Source: Bacteroidetes bacterium MED-G17
Lineage (GTDB): Bacteria > Bacteroidota > Bacteroidia > NS11-12g > UBA9320
Direction: 5' to 3'
NCBI GenBank assembly: GCA_002457675.1
Contig: NTKK01000006.1
Coordinates: 11,742-75,741 of the forward strand
Length of the DNA: 64,000 nucleotides
The position numbers and the translations under genes are program-made. Below are positions 63,215-64,000 of the stretch, piece by piece. The notes under the pieces were generated by a model, which saw nothing but the letters and a program-made list of their open reading frames with translations, was not told the DNA's origin and did no database searches. Positions within the stretch are counted from its first letter, which is position 1. The number at the start of each line of letters is the position of its first letter.

Positions 63215-64000
63215 TTAGCCGCCAAGTCGCAAAGTTAAACTTTCAAAAATTAAAAATAAGACTGCTACTAAGACAAACCATTTCCAAAGAACTTTTCTAC
63301 CTAAAATATTTGCTTGTAGGTATTTTTGATTGGCCTTTTCATTCTTTATGAATTGGGCGTTTTTTTGCGCTGAAATTTCATTTATTAACTGGTTATTTTT
63401 CCTTATCACTGACTCTCTTCTTGAATGGTTATAAGAAATAATTTGGAAGGAAGTATCATTTTTAAATAATGCTCCATGGCCAGCTTGATTTATCGTTTTA
63501 TAATCATATAAACTACTTAGTCCAGAAATAGAGTAACTTGGACTAAGATGATAACTTTGGTTTACAAATTTTGCTTCAATCCCCTCACTGATGTCAATTT
63601 TAGGATTAAATATGGGTATGATATTATTTTGTCCAACTGTGTAATAATTTTTTAGGTAGGTTTTAGAATTTTCGGCTATTCTACTCATAATGGGGGCAAA
63701 AAGTTCTAGTTTATGAAAGTTGGACGAAGATGGATCTAAGGAACTAGAAAGAAGATAAAGCCATCCCTGGCCAAAATTTTTTCTAGCCAATAAACATTCC
63801 CCATTGGCTAATACAATGAGAGGTTCTAGCTCAAATGGGGCAGCAATTTTTCTACGTATGTATATCTCAGGCAAATGAATGTTATTGGGTTCCCGCAGAA
63901 ACATGCGCTCAAAAAAAGGTGAAGAAAAGTTTAATTTTTTGCCTTCAATTTTTTTAATCAAGGGTCTGCTATTTTCAAATAGTGTCTGATTTGAGATCTC
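63215..64000 (-). CDS. hypothetical C-terminally membrane-anchored protein (5' end beyond the window)
   Basis: The ORF-track 'M' at 63961 is actually a TTG. The reading frame stays open through to the window end. Single C-terminal TM helix. Confidence 0.4.
   Translation of the reverse strand, partial: EISNQTLFENSRPLIKKIEGKKLNFSSPFFERMFLREPNNIHLPEIYIRRKIAAPFELEPLIVLANGECLLARKNFGQGWLYLLSSSLDPSSSNFHKLELFAPIMSRIAENSKTYLKNYYTVGQNNIIPIFNPKIDISEGIEAKFVNQSYHLSPSYSISGLSSLYDYKTINQAGHGALFKNDTSFQIISYNHSRRESVIRKNNQLINEISAQKNAQFIKNEKANQKYLQANILGRKVLWKWFVLVAVLFLIFESLTLRLGG

Overview
This 64 kb window is AT-rich (roughly mid-30s % GC by eye), gene-dense, and looks like Bacteroidota chromosomal DNA of Flavobacteriia/Cytophagia type. 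The evidence is T9SS C-terminal sorting domains, a CHU_C/type-B gliding-motility C-terminal domain, DUF1573, DUF4837 and DUF4159 families, a long-form YidC, TAnnTTTG-type -7 boxes, and mevalonate and carotenoid genes. Most of the window is housekeeping: ruvB, queG, ald, purN, pyrG, kdsB, panB, dnaK, rsmE, yidC, recQ, ribD, prmC, relA/spoT, fur, purA, folE, lipB and a pyrC-like gene. I found no rRNA, tRNA, CRISPR array, transposase or integrase. The parts worth a second look are as follows. (1) Carotenoid genes sit at two loci: crtZ-crtB behind a perfect 8-bp inverted repeat, and a lycopene-cyclase-domain (CrtYcd-type) gene translationally coupled to an ECF sigma factor with no recognisable anti-sigma. 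(2) An envelope-lipid/LPS remodelling island at 10.3-19.9 kb holds a PAP2 phosphatase and two ArnT-like GT83 paralogues, a GT2 polyprenol-phosphate glycosyltransferase, an MprF-like flippase-domain protein, kdsB, a START-like protein and an acyltransferase. (3) There are three T9SS cargo proteins, including a 1571-aa Cys-rich, PKD-containing type-B adhesin with no adjacent SprF/PorP partner. (4) Several intergenic sites look like operators: a TGTCA/TGACA array upstream of an orphan 117-aa ORF, and a TTTACAA-N4-TTGTAAA palindrome with TGTTTAAAC repeats between the ECF sigma and a PTPS-folE pterin operon. (5) Several hypothetical secreted or lipoprotein genes have unusual spacing. All product calls rest on motif recognition by eye; I ran no database searches.
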